Assembly: GCA_964270895.1 (NCBI GenBank)
Contig: OZ185435.1
Reading direction: 5' to 3' (one strand)
Length of the DNA: 64,000 nucleotides
Origin: Podarcis filfolensis
Taxonomy: Eukaryota
Positions 61,958 to 64,000 of this stretch are shown here, one piece after another. The position numbers and the translations under genes were made by a program. Below the pieces are notes generated by a model. That model was not told where the DNA came from. It did no database searches and was given only the letters and a program-made list of their open reading frames with translations. The number at the start of each line of letters is the position of its first letter. The first letter of the stretch is position 1.

Positions 61958-62410
61958 TAGGGTGGGATTCAACTTAGCGCTAAGGAGATCATTCCATCAA
62001 TGCATTTCCACTTGTCTGATGCAACAATTTGCCCTCCCTGCCCACAATGTGCTGTTCTGGGGGCAATGGTAGAGGAAGAGGAGTGGGGGGGGGGAGCGCA
62101 TCGCCCCCGGCAGCACAATCCTGGTGGGGTGCCATCACAGCTGCCCCCCTGCCCACGCTGGGAGCCACGCCCCCTCAGGTGGTGTGCCACACCCCTGTGG
62201 GCGGCGCACCATGCCCCCAGGACGCGCACCAGCCGCGCCCCTGCCTGATCTCTACCCCCTGGTGCCAGAGCATGAAGCTCCGCCATTGTCTGGGGGTTCT
62301 CTTGACTCTCCATAGCAGATTTGGGGGAGGCACAGGGGGGTTGGAGGGAGGCCCCATTGCACTAGTGGGAGTCCTTGCACTAGTTTCTGCTGGTGGAAGG
62401 GGTTCAATGA
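61958..62410. mobile_element. Old MITE-like repeat hosting a hAT MITE
   Basis: gggtgggattcaact start; the sequence rejoins across the insertion at the tctggggg duplication. Confidence 0.5.
62064..62288. mobile_element. GC-rich hAT-type MITE
   Basis: TIRs caatggtagag / ctccgccattg; perfect 8-bp TSD tctggggg at 62056-62063 and 62289-62296. Confidence 0.85.
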
Positions 62411-64000
62411 GGTGCATCCAAAGCTGTCTGTGCAGAAGCAGATCACACTTCAGATTGCACAACAGAACTTCACCTTCCTCTCCTTTCCCATGTAGCCCTC
62501 TGCACAACCTCAAAGTCTTGTGGTGCAAATCTTGTTGGATTCCTCCATCTATTGTTCTGTTATAGTGATGGATGAAGGAAGTAGTGAACTGGGAGGAGGA
62601 GGAGAGGACTGGAAGGAGAAGCCAATCCCATTCCTTCTTCAGTGAAATTGAAATAATAGTTAATAATCTCAAAAGGGGATCCACAGTTGCATTCAAAAAT
62701 GGTGGTGAAATTGGAGGGTGGGAAGCATTTTACTGAAAATTATCCAGTGTTTCACTAAAATTCTCCAGCAGTACAGGAGAGACTTGAAAAAGTGAGGAGG
62801 GATTATATATTTTTAAAATGTCAGAAAAATGCTTTTCTGGGAAATCTTTGGTCAGCTCTGTGTTCTAGCATCTATTGATCATTATTTGTATTGATCAAAC
62901 AATGTGCTGAAACCCCTGTTGTGCTGTCAGTCTGAACATGTTCTTCCTGTGAGTGCACAATCATTGGCATTTATAAAGGTTCACTAGTCATTTTACATGA
63001 ATTCAACCATATGTTTGACCTGAGGTTTCTCCCTTCCTTTGTTTCTGGGCTATTCCTTTTCTTATGAGTCACCTCTCTCTTACCTCTGCCCAGACTTCAT
63101 TACAGAGAAAGTCAAATCCTTGAATGCCACCAAATGGCTATCACTAGAAAACTACTTACATGGCTAATTAGCATAGAAGTCTCATAGAAGTGACAGCTGG
63201 ATTAGGAGATCAGATTACCCATCGCCTGCAGCAAACTGTCTCCATCTTTAATCTCCCCTCATGTCCACTTAGAGTGAAAGCTGTTCTTGCCAAATGACAA
63301 GAACCCTGGGTAGATTCAGGTAATGATCCCAATTAACCCTGACTTGCTAACATGCCCCAGTTGCTGCTCCGATTTCTACATAGCCTTGCGTCTTGGTTGA
63401 CACTGTTTGTAACTTTTCAGATTGTGTTAAAGGATATAATGCGGCTTAGGCTGTACAACTTCAGGCTGCTCTGGGCTTATGACCTCAGGGAGGAGGGGAA
63501 GAAAGGCAGGAGCGCTCATTTATGACTGCACAGTAGAGCTAGCTTTGAAAGCACCTGGGATATTATTGCTCCATAAACGGGAAGCAGCCAGAAGTGATAG
63601 ACTCAGCATCCACAATATTTGACACAGATTGGATTCAGCTCCCTCAGCCAATAAAGGCCAAACTTGTCTAGTAGGCTGTTATTCTACATGCAAAGCGAAA
63701 GCAGCAAAAGAGGGCCTTTGAGCTATATTGCAAAGAAAAGAGCTTCACAAAATATCTGGGACACCAAAGGAAAACTGAGATTGTAGCTGGGAGAGGAACT
63801 TCTCTAGAATACTTTTGCACCCACCATAAACCTATCTTTATTTCCCTTCTATGTCATTGTAGCAATCATATTTCAACATCATGTGGGTGTTAGATCCAGA
63901 GCATTTATTTTGAAGGTCATCATATGCAGCTTGGGCTGGAAGCTTCAGTTTTTCAGTACCAAGTGATTTAGTGGGGAAATGGTTGTGCAATCTTTCACTG

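Noticed and set aside
62000-62696. Overlapping 114-178 aa GC-rich ORFs
   Set aside because: They lie over nested MITEs; GC-rich repeats lack stop codons by composition.
1-64000. CRISPR arrays, prokaryotic operons, rRNA
   Set aside because: No regularly spaced repeat-spacer units or gene-dense structure; the sequence is vertebrate repeat-rich DNA.

Overview
Eukaryotic genomic DNA from a squamate reptile, most likely a lacertid lizard. This is inferred from the repeat content: Sauria SINEs with (ACCTTT)n tails, Bov-B/RTE, CR1, L2, L1, a MIR-like tRNA/CORE SINE, Penelope, solo LTRs, and many Tc1/mariner- and hAT-type MITEs. I could not recognise any host protein-coding gene, RNA gene or CRISPR array. 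The window looks like a large intron or an intergenic region, with TE-free, CpG-retaining blocks that may be conserved regulatory elements or small exons. Every ORF I could recognise is a transposon fragment. The most interesting signals lie inside the mobile elements. (1) The 5' end of a Bov-B LINE (53823-53952) folds into an HDV-like ribozyme double pseudoknot, and several of its defects sit at CpG sites. (2) Two divergent solo LTRs (16633-17112 and 58953-59427) encode a homologous ~100-aa peptide in U3, with many synonymous codon differences, suggesting an LTR-encoded protein extension. (3) A Penelope remnant (47272-47525) carries a minimal, probably dimeric, hammerhead ribozyme. Several insertion junctions also preserve mechanistic footprints. 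All calls were made by eye without database searches.
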